In this document: piece after piece, positions 51,791 to 61,307 of the stretch
Layout of the letters: the number at the start of each line of letters is the position of its first letter
How positions within the stretch are numbered: position 1 is the stretch's first letter
Source of the DNA: Sedimentisphaerales bacterium
GTDB lineage: Bacteria > Planctomycetota > Phycisphaerae > Sedimentisphaerales > Anaerobacaceae
Reading direction: 5' to 3'
Length of the DNA: 64,000 nt
NCBI GenBank assembly: GCA_963708075.1
Contig: OY970194.1
Location: 1,632,001-1,696,000 of the forward strand
Position numbers and translations under genes: made by a program
The notes under the pieces: model-generated
Databases searched by the model: none
What the model was told of the DNA's origin: nothing
The model's input: only the letters and a program-made list of their open reading frames with translations

Positions 51791-53791
51791 TTAAGAGTCC
51801 ACCGCGTGCTGCGTTCTTCGTCGCACAATCACCGCGGGTTTCACCTCCGCCTGAGGGCTGATCAACCGTCCGAGGAGCCAGAACTCACCGACAACGAGGG
51901 CCAGGGCCAGCGGCATCATGGCGTACCCCCCAAAGTCGTGGAACAGCTTCTCAACGTTGTCCCCTTCTATGATCGTGAAAGCCACGGCTGTTATGGCCAG
52001 CCGCAGCGTATTGCAGAACAGGGCGATGGGCAGACTGGAAAGCAGGATGATCAGCTTTTCCCACCAGGTCCGCTGGACAAGCAGAACCACCAGGGCACTG
52101 ATCACCAGGAACGCCGTGACCATGCGCAGGCCATTGCACGCTTCGGCCACCGCAACATTCGTCTGTCCGATCCCGATGACATTTCCATCCCGCAAAACGT
52201 CATAGCCTGCCAACTCCAGGCAAAACACCGCTGAGTCCGTCGCCCAGCCCTGGAGAGGCAGACTGATCTGCGCCTGGACCCGATGCGGCCACGGCAGCAT
52301 CAAACACAGGAACACCAGGACGGTGGCCACCCTTCGCAGGGCTCTCCATCCGAACAAAAGAAGAACTAATGCGATTACGGACACAATGATGGAGACCCTC
52401 TCTGCGGAGCCATACATCCAGAACAGGCCAAAGAGCCTCATGGCCTGGGAAAGCACGAAAATCCCCACGCCCCAGAAGAGCATGGGTCTGACCGGCAGTG
52501 AAACCAGGTCACGCCGGCGCGTCCACAGAACGTAGAGGGCCAGGAACGGGACCAACAACCCGGCGGAGTACTCGTCGCTCCTCTGCCACTCCTTGGCCAG
52601 ATCCTGCAAAACAGGCCAGTACGACCATAGCAACGCAACGACCAGGCCGCCGCATCCCAAGATGCCGGCAAGCTGCTTTTGCGAAAGCGGTACCCGGGCA
52701 GGCGGCGCCCCCATGTTGCCACCGGGATGCCCACCGGCAATCTCGCGTTTGCCCATAGGCGCGGTCCTCCTGGCGACAGGTCTGAGAATCGCGGTCTTTT
52801 GTCCCGCCGAGACCGTCTGCTCCGCGACGATGCTTCCATCGGAAACCACAGCGTCGCGTGCTATGACAGACCCGCGAACCTCGCAGCCGGCGCCCACCTT
52901 GCAGCCATTCCACAGGACGCTTTCGACGATCACACTGTCCTCGCCGACGCGGGCTCCGCTGTCGAGGACGGCCGGCCCGACCACCACAGCTCCCCGGGCC
53001 AGATACGTGCCCTCGGAGACCGCTACAGGGCCGTAAATCCGCGCCCCGGGATCGATGCCCTCGCCGCCACTCACCGGCGCCAGCCGTTTACTCGAGCACT
53101 CGCAGAGAGTGTACCCGTCGGCGACAACTCGCTCACTTTCGAGATACAGGGATACCGCATGGAGGTACCCTGCCCGGTCGTGAAAGTTCCCTACGTCCTG
53201 GGGCAATACCACGGGCTTGATGACCCCTCCCGCCCGTAAGATGGCAGGAATCAGTCCTTCCTTGATATCACTATACCCGCTGGGAGCGACAAGTTTGAGC
53301 ACATGCGGACGACAAAGATAAATCTCCGCCGAAGTCCCATAATGCGACTCGCCCGATGGGTCGGGGTTGAATGCTACCGTCAAATCCGCCTCGTTGCGGG
53401 TGTGAGCTTCAATCAGATCGCGGATCGCAGGTGGGCGGACCATACTGCCCGAGAATACCAAGATCAAGTCACCTGGATCCGACGCCACGGCATCTCGCAG
53501 GCACCCGGCCGTGCCGCTGCTCAGTTGCTCGATCACCAGTCTCACGGCGATCCGTCGATCCGTCTCAATGGCCCCGACGGAACTGGATACCGTGCTGTCA
53601 CAACACAGGGCTATGTCCCTGACTCCCTCGTTGGCGAGATGGCGCAGCAGTCGCTCGACGGCAGGCTTGCCGGCAATCGGCCACAGTGCGACAGGCAGGC
53701 GAGCTGCGAGCGGACAGCGCCCGAAGTCCTGTCTGCCGACAAGGACTACGGTCCGGATGCGAGCCTCGTCAAATGCCGCTTTCTCAGTCAT
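51791..53791 (-). CDS. Fusion: degenerate sugar nucleotidyltransferase + left-handed beta-helix + exosortase
   Basis: LWPIAGKP, GTAGCLRD, hexapeptide repeats; exosortase W...DEYS.G, VAEACNGLR, CNTLR, FHDFGG in one uninterrupted ORF. Confidence 0.88.
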   Translation of the reverse strand: MTEKAAFDEARIRTVVLVGRQDFGRCPLAARLPVALWPIAGKPAVERLLRHLANEGVRDIALCCDSTVSSSVGAIETDRRIAVRLVIEQLSSGTAGCLRDAVASDPGDLILVFSGSMVRPPAIRDLIEAHTRNEADLTVAFNPDPSGESHYGTSAEIYLCRPHVLKLVAPSGYSDIKEGLIPAILRAGGVIKPVVLPQDVGNFHDRAGYLHAVSLYLESERVVADGYTLCECSSKRLAPVSGGEGIDPGARIYGPVAVSEGTYLARGAVVVGPAVLDSGARVGEDSVIVESVLWNGCKVGAGCEVRGSVIARDAVVSDGSIVAEQTVSAGQKTAILRPVARRTAPMGKREIAGGHPGGNMGAPPARVPLSQKQLAGILGCGGLVVALLWSYWPVLQDLAKEWQRSDEYSAGLLVPFLALYVLWTRRRDLVSLPVRPMLFWGVGIFVLSQAMRLFGLFWMYGSAERVSIIVSVIALVLLLFGWRALRRVATVLVFLCLMLPWPHRVQAQISLPLQGWATDSAVFCLELAGYDVLRDGNVIGIGQTNVAVAEACNGLRMVTAFLVISALVVLLVQRTWWEKLIILLSSLPIALFCNTLRLAITAVAFTIIEGDNVEKLFHDFGGYAMMPLALALVVGEFWLLGRLISPQAEVKPAVIVRRRTQHAVDS

Positions 53792-54328
53792 CCGCCTTCT
53801 CTATATCGTCACCTGTATTCATGTGGCCGCCGAACACCGCGGCTCCTGCTTTTACCGCCCGCTGTACGCCGCTGCCTGTGCATACTTATCCCAATGCGAA
53901 TCGTCTGGGACAGCCTCCGAAACGGACATCTGCCCAGATCATGCTGTACGGCACATTCCATGTAGCGCACGCGGATGGTCCAACTAACGCGGTCGGCCTT
54001 CCCAAGTTCCTTATCGGCAGGGCCCGACAGCGGCTTTCGGCGATTCTGCAGGTGCAACCACCCCCCGGGGTACCGCAAACGTCCTGGATGCGGGCTCACA
54101 TCTTTCGATGATCTCACCCTGCTTTCCCGTTTTTCTCCAAATAATCGCGTTGCCGCAGACAACAACATATATATGTACCCGAATCCGCCTCCTGATGCAA
54201 GCAGAATCCGAGGTCCCGTCAGCTCTATTTATCCGACGGCTTTTCCGCTTTCAGTATGTCGCCTCGTGGTTGGTTATTATCGGACTTGCACGAACCCGTG
54301 AATCCCCCTGCCGCAACGCTTTTCCAAG

Positions 54329-55646
54329 TCACCAACAGATCCCCTCGTACGTGCTCGTGTCACTTCGACGATCCATGATACGGGCCAAATCCACAATGGT
54401 CTTCCCGTCTTTGACTTGTCGCACGATCCCTTGGAAGGCCGGCGTCTTGTTGCCGACGACGATGACCCGGCCATGATCCAGGACCCTGCCGGGATCCTCC
54501 GTCAGCAACGGAGCGATGTGGGGGATGCGATTGAGGATGTAATCCCGATTCGTGCCCATCAGGTTCGCCAGACGTACGTCTTCATCGAAGATGAGTACAT
54601 CATAACCTTTACCCAGCAGACGCTCGATGAGCTCGACCATGGGGCTCTCCCGGAGGTCATCTGTCCCCGGCTTGAAACTCAGCCCCAGGACGCCGATCTT
54701 GCGATGGCCGAAGCTGGTGATCAGGCGGAACGCCTCGCCGACCTGCCGCTCATTGCTCGCGAGAATCGAGTTCAGCACGGGCAGTTCCAGGTCAAGCGTT
54801 CGTGCTTTGTAGGTCAGGGCACGCACATCCTTCGGCAGACAGGAGCCGCCGAAGGCAAAACCCGGCTTGAGATAGCACGCGGACAGGTTCAACTTCGTAT
54901 CCCGGCAGAAGATATCCATGACCTCATGGCTGTCCAGCCCCACGGCCTTGCACAGGTTGCCGATCTCGTTCGCAAAGCACACCTTCAAGGCATGCCAGAC
55001 GTTGTCCACGTACTTGACCATCTCGGCTGTTTCCACGTTCGTGCGGACCATCGGCGCATCGAGTCGCTCGTACAGGTTGGCGACGAGGTCGCCGCTGCGG
55101 GTATCCATCTGGCCAATGACGACCTTCGGCGGATGATCGAAGTCCTGAACGGCGCTGCCCTCCCGCAAAAACTCGGGATTGTTGCAGAGAACCGAAGCCG
55201 GTTCCCGCTCGCTTGCCCGAGCACTCCTCCAGGATCGGCAGGATGATGCTCCGCATCGATCCCGGCAGTACCGTGCTGCGACAGACCACGACGTGAAAAT
55301 CGCTCTTGTTCTGCAGGGCCCGGCCGATCTGCTCCGACACCCGGCGCACGTACTTCAAATCGAGATTGCCGTTGAGCTGGCTCGGCGTGCCCACGCAGAT
55401 CATGGAGATCTCCGTCGCCGCCACGGCCTCGTCAGCGTCCGACGTGGCCCGCAAGGTCCCCTTCCGCACGGCCTGCTCCACGAGTTCGGGAGTACCTTTT
55501 TCCATAATGGGCGACCGGCTGGCATTGATGAGGTCCACCTTGGCCGCGTTCGTGTCCACGCCGATGACAGTATGGCCATCCCGCGCCAGGCAGCCGGCCG
55601 TCACCACCCCCACGTAACCCAATCCGAAAATGCTGATTCTGCTCAT
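54329..55646 (-). CDS. UDP-glucose/GDP-mannose 6-dehydrogenase (AlgD-like), frameshift near 55190
   Basis: ISIFGLGYVG, CVGTPS, RSTVLPG, FGGSCLPKD, LSFKPGTDDLRESP. Confidence 0.9.
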
Positions 55647-55695
55647 GGCAATCGTGACTCTATGCGTGGAGTCCCGTAAGACTCCGCTATCGCTT

Positions 55696-56172
55696 TCAGC
55701 CTTCGTTCAGGAAGACATCGATCCGGTGGGAAACCGCACTGGGATCGACCGTGCGGGGGCGAGGCACGAACGACTTCAACCCCGGGATCTTGTCCGCCAG
55801 CTCCGTCTCGTCACGGGCCAGCAGAATATGGCCAAGGGCCTCGAACTTGATCGCCAGAACCACCTGGTGGTCATTGACGACCTCGTTATACTTTTTGCGT
55901 CGAGGCATCGCCAGCAGCGGCTTGGTGTGCTCCAGGGCCATCGTGATCGTGCCCATGCCTGCGTGGCTGATGATCGCCGACGCCTGCTCGACATTCCGGT
56001 CAAATGCACTCTTGTCCAGGGAGGCCACCGCCTCGAAGTTGCGGGGCCGGTACTTGCTGTCTCCGATCTGTGCGACGACCTGCTCGTGAATCAGGCCCTG
56101 ATCGAACAGGTCATCGACCGCTTTCACCAGACGGTCGAACGGAAATTGTGTCCCGACGGTCAAGAAAATCAT
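55696..56172 (-). CDS. PssE/Cps14G (Alg13-like) glycosyltransferase subunit
   Basis: MIFLTVGTQFPFDRLV, ISHAGMGTI, PR.....E.VNDHQ. Confidence 0.9.
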   Translation of the reverse strand: MIFLTVGTQFPFDRLVKAVDDLFDQGLIHEQVVAQIGDSKYRPRNFEAVASLDKSAFDRNVEQASAIISHAGMGTITMALEHTKPLLAMPRRKKYNEVVNDHQVVLAIKFEALGHILLARDETELADKIPGLKSFVPRPRTVDPSAVSHRIDVFLNEG

Positions 56173-56630
56173 ATGATGGCACCCACATATTCGACGCCGT
56201 GGTACTTCTCCACGAGTTCCGGCCATTGGACGAGGAAGAGGTCCGCGAAAGGCCGGATCAGCCGCCCCGACAATGAGATTTGTTCCACGTTCGTAATACT
56301 ATCCACCCAAACGATCCTGGCGCGGAGAAGCTTGGCGAGGAAACAGCAGATGCACGCCGGGGCCGCGCCGGTGCTGATAATCATGTCCGGCCTTTCCCGG
56401 AACATGATCCGAATGCAGCGTGCCAGAACGCTCAGGACTCGACCCGGATGCTCGCGGTTGCATTCCCCAACGACGTGCACCCTCCCAATCGAGGCCAGAT
56501 TCGCCCGCACGGCTTCCGAGGTGGTGACGACGAACACATCATGCCCGTTCGTGCAGCCGACCACCTTGAGCAACTGGCTCAGGTGCCCTCCCGCGGAGGC
56601 AGCCAGGCAGATCTTCTTGGCACTTACCAT
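56169..56630 (-). CDS. PssD/Cps14F (Alg14-like) glycosyltransferase subunit
   Basis: CLAASAGGHL.QL, PD.IISTGA, SLSG, FLVQW. Confidence 0.9.
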   Translation of the reverse strand: MVSAKKICLAASAGGHLSQLLKVVGCTNGHDVFVVTTSEAVRANLASIGRVHVVGECNREHPGRVLSVLARCIRIMFRERPDMIISTGAAPACICCFLAKLLRARIVWVDSITNVEQISLSGRLIRPFADLFLVQWPELVEKYHGVEYVGAII

Positions 56631-57715
56631 ATTCCCAACCGCCTCCGAACAGGCCGCAGCAGAGCCTGCGGCAAGAACAGGGGACGATGCCGACGCCAGT
56701 CTTTCAGGAAGGTTCTCCACATCTGCCTCCTGCCGGCGTCATCGAGCGATTTCAGCTCGCGACAGTATGCCTGCTCGTATAGTTCAGGCTCTTGCGGCAT
56801 CTCGGCCACCAAGTCACATCGCCTCGCGATCTCCTGCCGCAGGGTGGCTTCATCGTCGCCGCCGGCGAGAGCCGGCCGGTAGTCCGGCCCGGTGCGAACA
56901 GGAATCGCTGCCCACTCCAGTACGCCTTCAGCCCCGATGGAGACGCTCAGGATTGCCGTCCACTTTGTCAGGTCGAACTCGTGGTCAAAGATAAAATCGC
57001 CCAGGCTATAAGCCACAAGCGAGCCCTTCTCCCTGTAGATGCCCTGGAATACATGGGCGTGGTGCCCTGCTACAAGTTTGGCGCCGGCCCGGATCAAGTC
57101 GCGTGCGGCACGCTGCTGCCACAGGTTCGGCCGGTCGATCAGCTCATCTCCCCAGTGTGCCGACACGATCACGACTTGTCCCTCGCGTGCTTCGGTCCTG
57201 ACGGTTTCGAGGACTTGCTCGAATGTCGCGGGGCGAAACGCGTATCCCCCCGGATGAAAGCAGGCGCCCACGATGGAAAGCGGGACTTGATTGACCAGCA
57301 TGCGAGTCGCCGTCACGCGAGCGTCGAATGAGCCCTCCGGTCCGGCCCCAACGACCTGGATGCCCGCCTGCTCCAGGTTCCGGGCCGTATCCCGGGCCGC
57401 TTCCACCCCATGCTCGAGGATGTGATTGTTCGCCAGGTGCGCAGCCGTTATACCCCACTGGGCAAGGTACTTCGCCGTCCGGGCACGACCCCGCATCTGG
57501 AGAGAGCGCAGCGAGCGTTCTTTTCGTCCCACGTCGGACAACACGCATTCCACGTTGCAGAGAACGGCGTCATGGGCACGGAACACGGCCATGATCTCAT
57601 CCGGGAGAAAAGCCGGACCGTACCTGTCGATACTCGAGCCGGCGCCCCATCCAATCCTTGTGAATTGATCGCCGCACATCACGTCGCCAACGCAGGCAAT
57701 CCGGACTGTTCTCAC
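56624..57715 (-). CDS. CapA/PgsA-family metallophosphoesterase-fold protein
   Basis: VGDVM, N.EC, LANNH, HWGDE, GHHAHVFQ, YSLGDF.F. Confidence 0.88.
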   Translation of the reverse strand: MRTVRIACVGDVMCGDQFTRIGWGAGSSIDRYGPAFLPDEIMAVFRAHDAVLCNVECVLSDVGRKERSLRSLQMRGRARTAKYLAQWGITAAHLANNHILEHGVEAARDTARNLEQAGIQVVGAGPEGSFDARVTATRMLVNQVPLSIVGACFHPGGYAFRPATFEQVLETVRTEAREGQVVIVSAHWGDELIDRPNLWQQRAARDLIRAGAKLVAGHHAHVFQGIYREKGSLVAYSLGDFIFDHEFDLTKWTAILSVSIGAEGVLEWAAIPVRTGPDYRPALAGGDDEATLRQEIARRCDLVAEMPQEPELYEQAYCRELKSLDDAGRRQMWRTFLKDWRRHRPLFLPQALLRPVRRRLGIW

Positions 57716-58908
57716 CCTGAGGCCCCCCGCTTCGCGTCAATCGTCCGCTCAAGCAGTTCGGAGAGACACTCCAGGTGATGTTTCCAGCTATGGCTCGCGG
57801 CGATCTCGATTCTCTTCGCTCTCCGCTGCGGCGTATCGCGGTGAAGCTCCCACTCGATTGCCCTGCAGAATTCCTCCTTGCTCCCGGCAATACTGATCAC
57901 ATCCGCATACTGCTTCGCCTCGTTGATCTCGACGGAGACAATCGGATTGCCGGACGCCATGTACTCAAGCATTTTCAGGGGATTGCAGTTGCGGATCCAG
58001 TCGCTCATTTTCCACTGGAGCATACAGACGTCGAAGCCCGCGCACAGCCGCGGGATTTTCTCATAGGGCAGTCTTCCGATCAGATGTACGTTCTTCAGGC
58101 TGCTCAGCTCCGAGTAATCACCTGCCGTGACCTGCCCCGCGAACACAAAAGAAACGCCGGGCAGATTCCGCGCGCAGTACGTCATCATCTCGATGTCGTT
58201 GTGCGCGGTCATCGTGCCGAAATAGCCCGCAATCGGCCTGGGGATGTGAGCCACTTCCGCCAGAGGCTCCCCGTGCTCGGCCGCCTCCCGAAACAATTCG
58301 AAATCCACGCCGTGGGGAAGGTAATGGACGTTGTCCCGCTGGCGCCGCTTGAATTCATACAGCTCCCGCGAGACACAGATCAGCAGGTCAGTGCCGCTGG
58401 AAACCCGCTGTTCGCGGGCCTTCTGCTTCTGAGCATTCGACGTGTAGGAATCCGTGGCAAACAGATCCGACACATGATAAACCGTCGCCTTCGGTTGAAA
58501 CCAGGAGAGCGCGTCGACGGCCCGCACGTTCTCCAGCCACAGGATCGGGCGATCGAACTTCAACAGCCGGCATACCCCCTTGATCTGCGACCGCAGGCAC
58601 ACATCATTGAATCCATCGAGGACTCTGCGGCCCTGGATGGGAACGAACAGCGGGCTGAACACGTGCAGGTTCTCCATGGGTCTGCGAAGACCCCGCGTCA
58701 GGCTTTTCAGTTTTCTCGCAATCCGGACCGCCAGGCCCCTGCGCTGCCCTGCATTCGACGCCGCGCTCACAAGATCGGAGCTGAACGGATTGACATAGAG
58801 GACCCGGTTCGCACGAGCCAGCTTGGACATGATATGGGTGGTGCAACTGGGATTCATTGCCCACCAGTCGCTTGGCCCGAAACAGACAATATCGTGCCCC
58901 GTCAACAT
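57712..58908 (-). CDS. GT4-like glycosyltransferase (TuaH-like)
   Basis: RVLYVN, LPHGVD, AGYFG, FDV, NPLKMLEYMASG.PIVS, SW. Confidence 0.85.
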   Translation of the reverse strand: MLTGHDIVCFGPSDWWAMNPSCTTHIMSKLARANRVLYVNPFSSDLVSAASNAGQRRGLAVRIARKLKSLTRGLRRPMENLHVFSPLFVPIQGRRVLDGFNDVCLRSQIKGVCRLLKFDRPILWLENVRAVDALSWFQPKATVYHVSDLFATDSYTSNAQKQKAREQRVSSGTDLLICVSRELYEFKRRQRDNVHYLPHGVDFELFREAAEHGEPLAEVAHIPRPIAGYFGTMTAHNDIEMMTYCARNLPGVSFVFAGQVTAGDYSELSSLKNVHLIGRLPYEKIPRLCAGFDVCMLQWKMSDWIRNCNPLKMLEYMASGNPIVSVEINEAKQYADVISIAGSKEEFCRAIEWELHRDTPQRRAKRIEIAASHSWKHHLECLSELLERTIDAKRGASG

Positions 58909-58922
58909 CGTGCCCGCTTGAA

Positions 58923-60302
58923 TCAATGATGCTCCGCCATCACGAAGGACATGAACTTGCCCCGGCTCGTGCGATCCACTTGCTTCACGGCGCGAAGCTC
59001 TGCTCGCATTCCCGGCGGCACCTGCTCCGCCATCACGCCACGAAGCCGTTCCTCGTGCTTGCCGGCAAACCCGGCATCGGGCACATATTCCAAGGTCAAC
59101 ACATCGCCGGCGTCCTGAACGATCCGCCCGGCGACAATCGGCATATCGTACATGGTGTATAGAATGCGTGCGAGGATACACTCCATCGCGGATGCCCCCA
59201 ACTGGAGTCCGGAGGGAGTGACAATCGTATTCCCATCGCGCCCGATGATTTTGTCAACAATCGTGAAGGCCCTGCCGCAACCGCACGTGCGGCCCGAAAC
59301 CTTGACCAGATCGCGCAGGTTGTAGCGAATCAAGGGCATCGCCAGGTTCCAAAAGCCCGTGGACACCACCTGGCAGCAGTCCTCGTTGGGAGGAGCCGCC
59401 GGGATCAACTCCGTGAGCCCATACTCTGGAATGACGTGGTACGATCCCCGCTCACACGTGTGAATGTAGCAGACCCGTTCCGCGCTTCCGTAGAAGTCGA
59501 ACACCGAGCACTCGAACGCCTCCGCGATCGTTTTCTTCTTAGTCTCATCCAGGGTTTCCGACGTGGTGAAAACGCAGTGCAGTCTCAAGGGCAGCTTTCG
59601 CTCCAGGCAGCCTTTGGCCAGAAGGTAGGCTGCCGAAGGGTAGGCAACCAAGGCTTTGATCCCGTGGGCCTTCATCAGTTCCACGTAGTGCGGCACCACT
59701 TCAGGCGTCAGGTGAAATGTCGAGAGGGTCAGCTCCCGCATCGCGGCATCGTAGTAGTGGAAATTCGTCGGCGCTTGTCCCGGCGGCTGGACCGTCCGCC
59801 CCTCCAGGTAGGCGCACCGATCCGATGTCCGCACGCCGGCCCAGTCAAATTGCCGCCGTACAAAGGCATGCTCCCGAGCGATGGACCACGGGTCCCGTTT
59901 GACGGGAACGGGCAACCCCGTGGTGCCCCCCGTGTGAGCCGTGGTGAGAAATGCACGCCGGTACCGGGTTGAGACGATCTCGTCACCCACCTTCTTGAGG
60001 TCGTCTTTCGACATGATGGGAAACCGCCGGATATCATCCAACTGCCGGATATCATCGGGGCGAATGCCGTGTTCGCCCATCACCCTCCTGTAGTACGGCA
60101 CGGTCTCCCACGCGTGTCTGACCAGGCGCTGGAGCTGCTCCAACTGGAACGCCTCCAACTGATCCCCGGTATACCACTGGGTTTGTGATATCTGCCGATA
60201 GAGGCGTTTGAAGGCGCCTGAATGACGTTTGATCAGGCAGGTCTTCGCCCCCTTCAGCGTAGCTTTCAGGTCCACCATCCGCATGAAATCATCTCCGGCC
60301 AA
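58923..60302 (-). CDS. CapK / phenylacetate-CoA ligase-like adenylate-forming enzyme
   Basis: VPYY, TGGTTG.P, YPS, YGSAE, MPLIRY..D, GR.G, TSRGKF; start uncertain. Confidence 0.85.
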   Translation of the reverse strand: MAGDDFMRMVDLKATLKGAKTCLIKRHSGAFKRLYRQISQTQWYTGDQLEAFQLEQLQRLVRHAWETVPYYRRVMGEHGIRPDDIRQLDDIRRFPIMSKDDLKKVGDEIVSTRYRRAFLTTAHTGGTTGLPVPVKRDPWSIAREHAFVRRQFDWAGVRTSDRCAYLEGRTVQPPGQAPTNFHYYDAAMRELTLSTFHLTPEVVPHYVELMKAHGIKALVAYPSAAYLLAKGCLERKLPLRLHCVFTTSETLDETKKKTIAEAFECSVFDFYGSAERVCYIHTCERGSYHVIPEYGLTELIPAAPPNEDCCQVVSTGFWNLAMPLIRYNLRDLVKVSGRTCGCGRAFTIVDKIIGRDGNTIVTPSGLQLGASAMECILARILYTMYDMPIVAGRIVQDAGDVLTLEYVPDAGFAGKHEERLRGVMAEQVPPGMRAELRAVKQVDRTSRGKFMSFVMAEHH

Positions 60303-60328
60303 AACACGGGCAGCCTGTGAAGCGGCAC

Positions 60329-61277
60329 CTATCGCCTCTGAAACCGTCGGATTCGCTCGTCCACGATGACGCCGCGGCGAATGATAGTCGCAGGGTCGAG
60401 CGTTGCATCCGTGTCGCCCATGATGAGCTTATCGAGGAAACGCGCCACCTCCCTGCTGATCGACTGGGACACCGAGCGGAAGAAGAGCGTAGGGGTATGA
60501 TCGACGGCATAGTGCAGAATGCCTTTGTGCCAGTAGACCGGCTCCGTGATTGTCGTGGCCCGGCTGCTCTCGATGCCCATGTGCGGATCGCAACTGATGT
60601 CCACGATCATCGAGCCCGGCTTCATCTTCTCGAGATCCTCATCGTACACGAGGTGGTCATCGCGGAATACGTCCCACAGGACACCGTTGACAATCACGTT
60701 GTACCGCCCGATCTCGCGGCGCAGCAGATGACTGGTCTTTCGGTCGTAGACGATGGTCTCACACCCATATCGCTCAAGGGCGCAGAGCGCCGCGGGCGAC
60801 ATTTCCCCGCCCGATGATGGCGATATCGCATTCGTAGGGCAAACGCCCCCACTGCAGCAAGGCGTGCGCGATGGCGGCCTCGCCGGAAATCTCATTATTG
60901 CGCCAGAAGGTGTGCCTCCCATCCGAGAACATGTCCTCCCAGGCAATGGCCGTCATGTGATTCGCGATCAGCTTGTCCGTCATCTCGCGTCCCTGCACGG
61001 CATGGATCCAGCCGAACAGCGTGGTGCCCTCGCGAAAGTAGGGATCACCAATCATCGGCTTGGGCGAACAGACGATGGGACAACTGCACACGACGTCCCG
61101 GGGCGCCACACGGGCCCCGGCCCGTCGGTAGGCTTCATCGCTGTAGCCGTGCTCCAGGCCATACCCCTGCTCAAAAACCAGCATATCCACGTGCTCCACT
61201 TGCGGAACATCCGTGGGCAGCATCGCGATACGCTTCTCATTCTCTTTTGCTGTTATCGGGAAACCAATCTCTTGCAT
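60329..61277 (-). CDS. N5-(carboxyethyl)ornithine synthase-like opine dehydrogenase (AlaDH/PNT fold), frameshift near 60790
   Basis: IGFPI..KENE.R, FE.GYG, FGWIHAVQ, AWEDM, F.RNNE..GEA, IIGRGNV..GA, IVDISCD, YAVDHTP. Confidence 0.82.
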
Positions 61278-61307
61278 AAATCTCCTACGAACCTGAACCA
61301 ACCACCC

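Noticed and set aside
53792..54328. Riboswitch, ops/JUMPstart or RxPP leader upstream of the exosortase operon
   Set aside because: No recognisable motif by eye; only a weak sigma28-like AAAG-N15-GCCGATAA near 54010-54036; an Rfam scan would be needed
56624..57715. Poly-gamma-glutamate capsule operon
   Set aside because: No capB/capC in the window; the CapA-like gene lies among EPS glycosyltransferases
58923..60302. Phenylacetate catabolism (paaK)
   Set aside because: No paa genes nearby; the context matches CapK-like EPS genes
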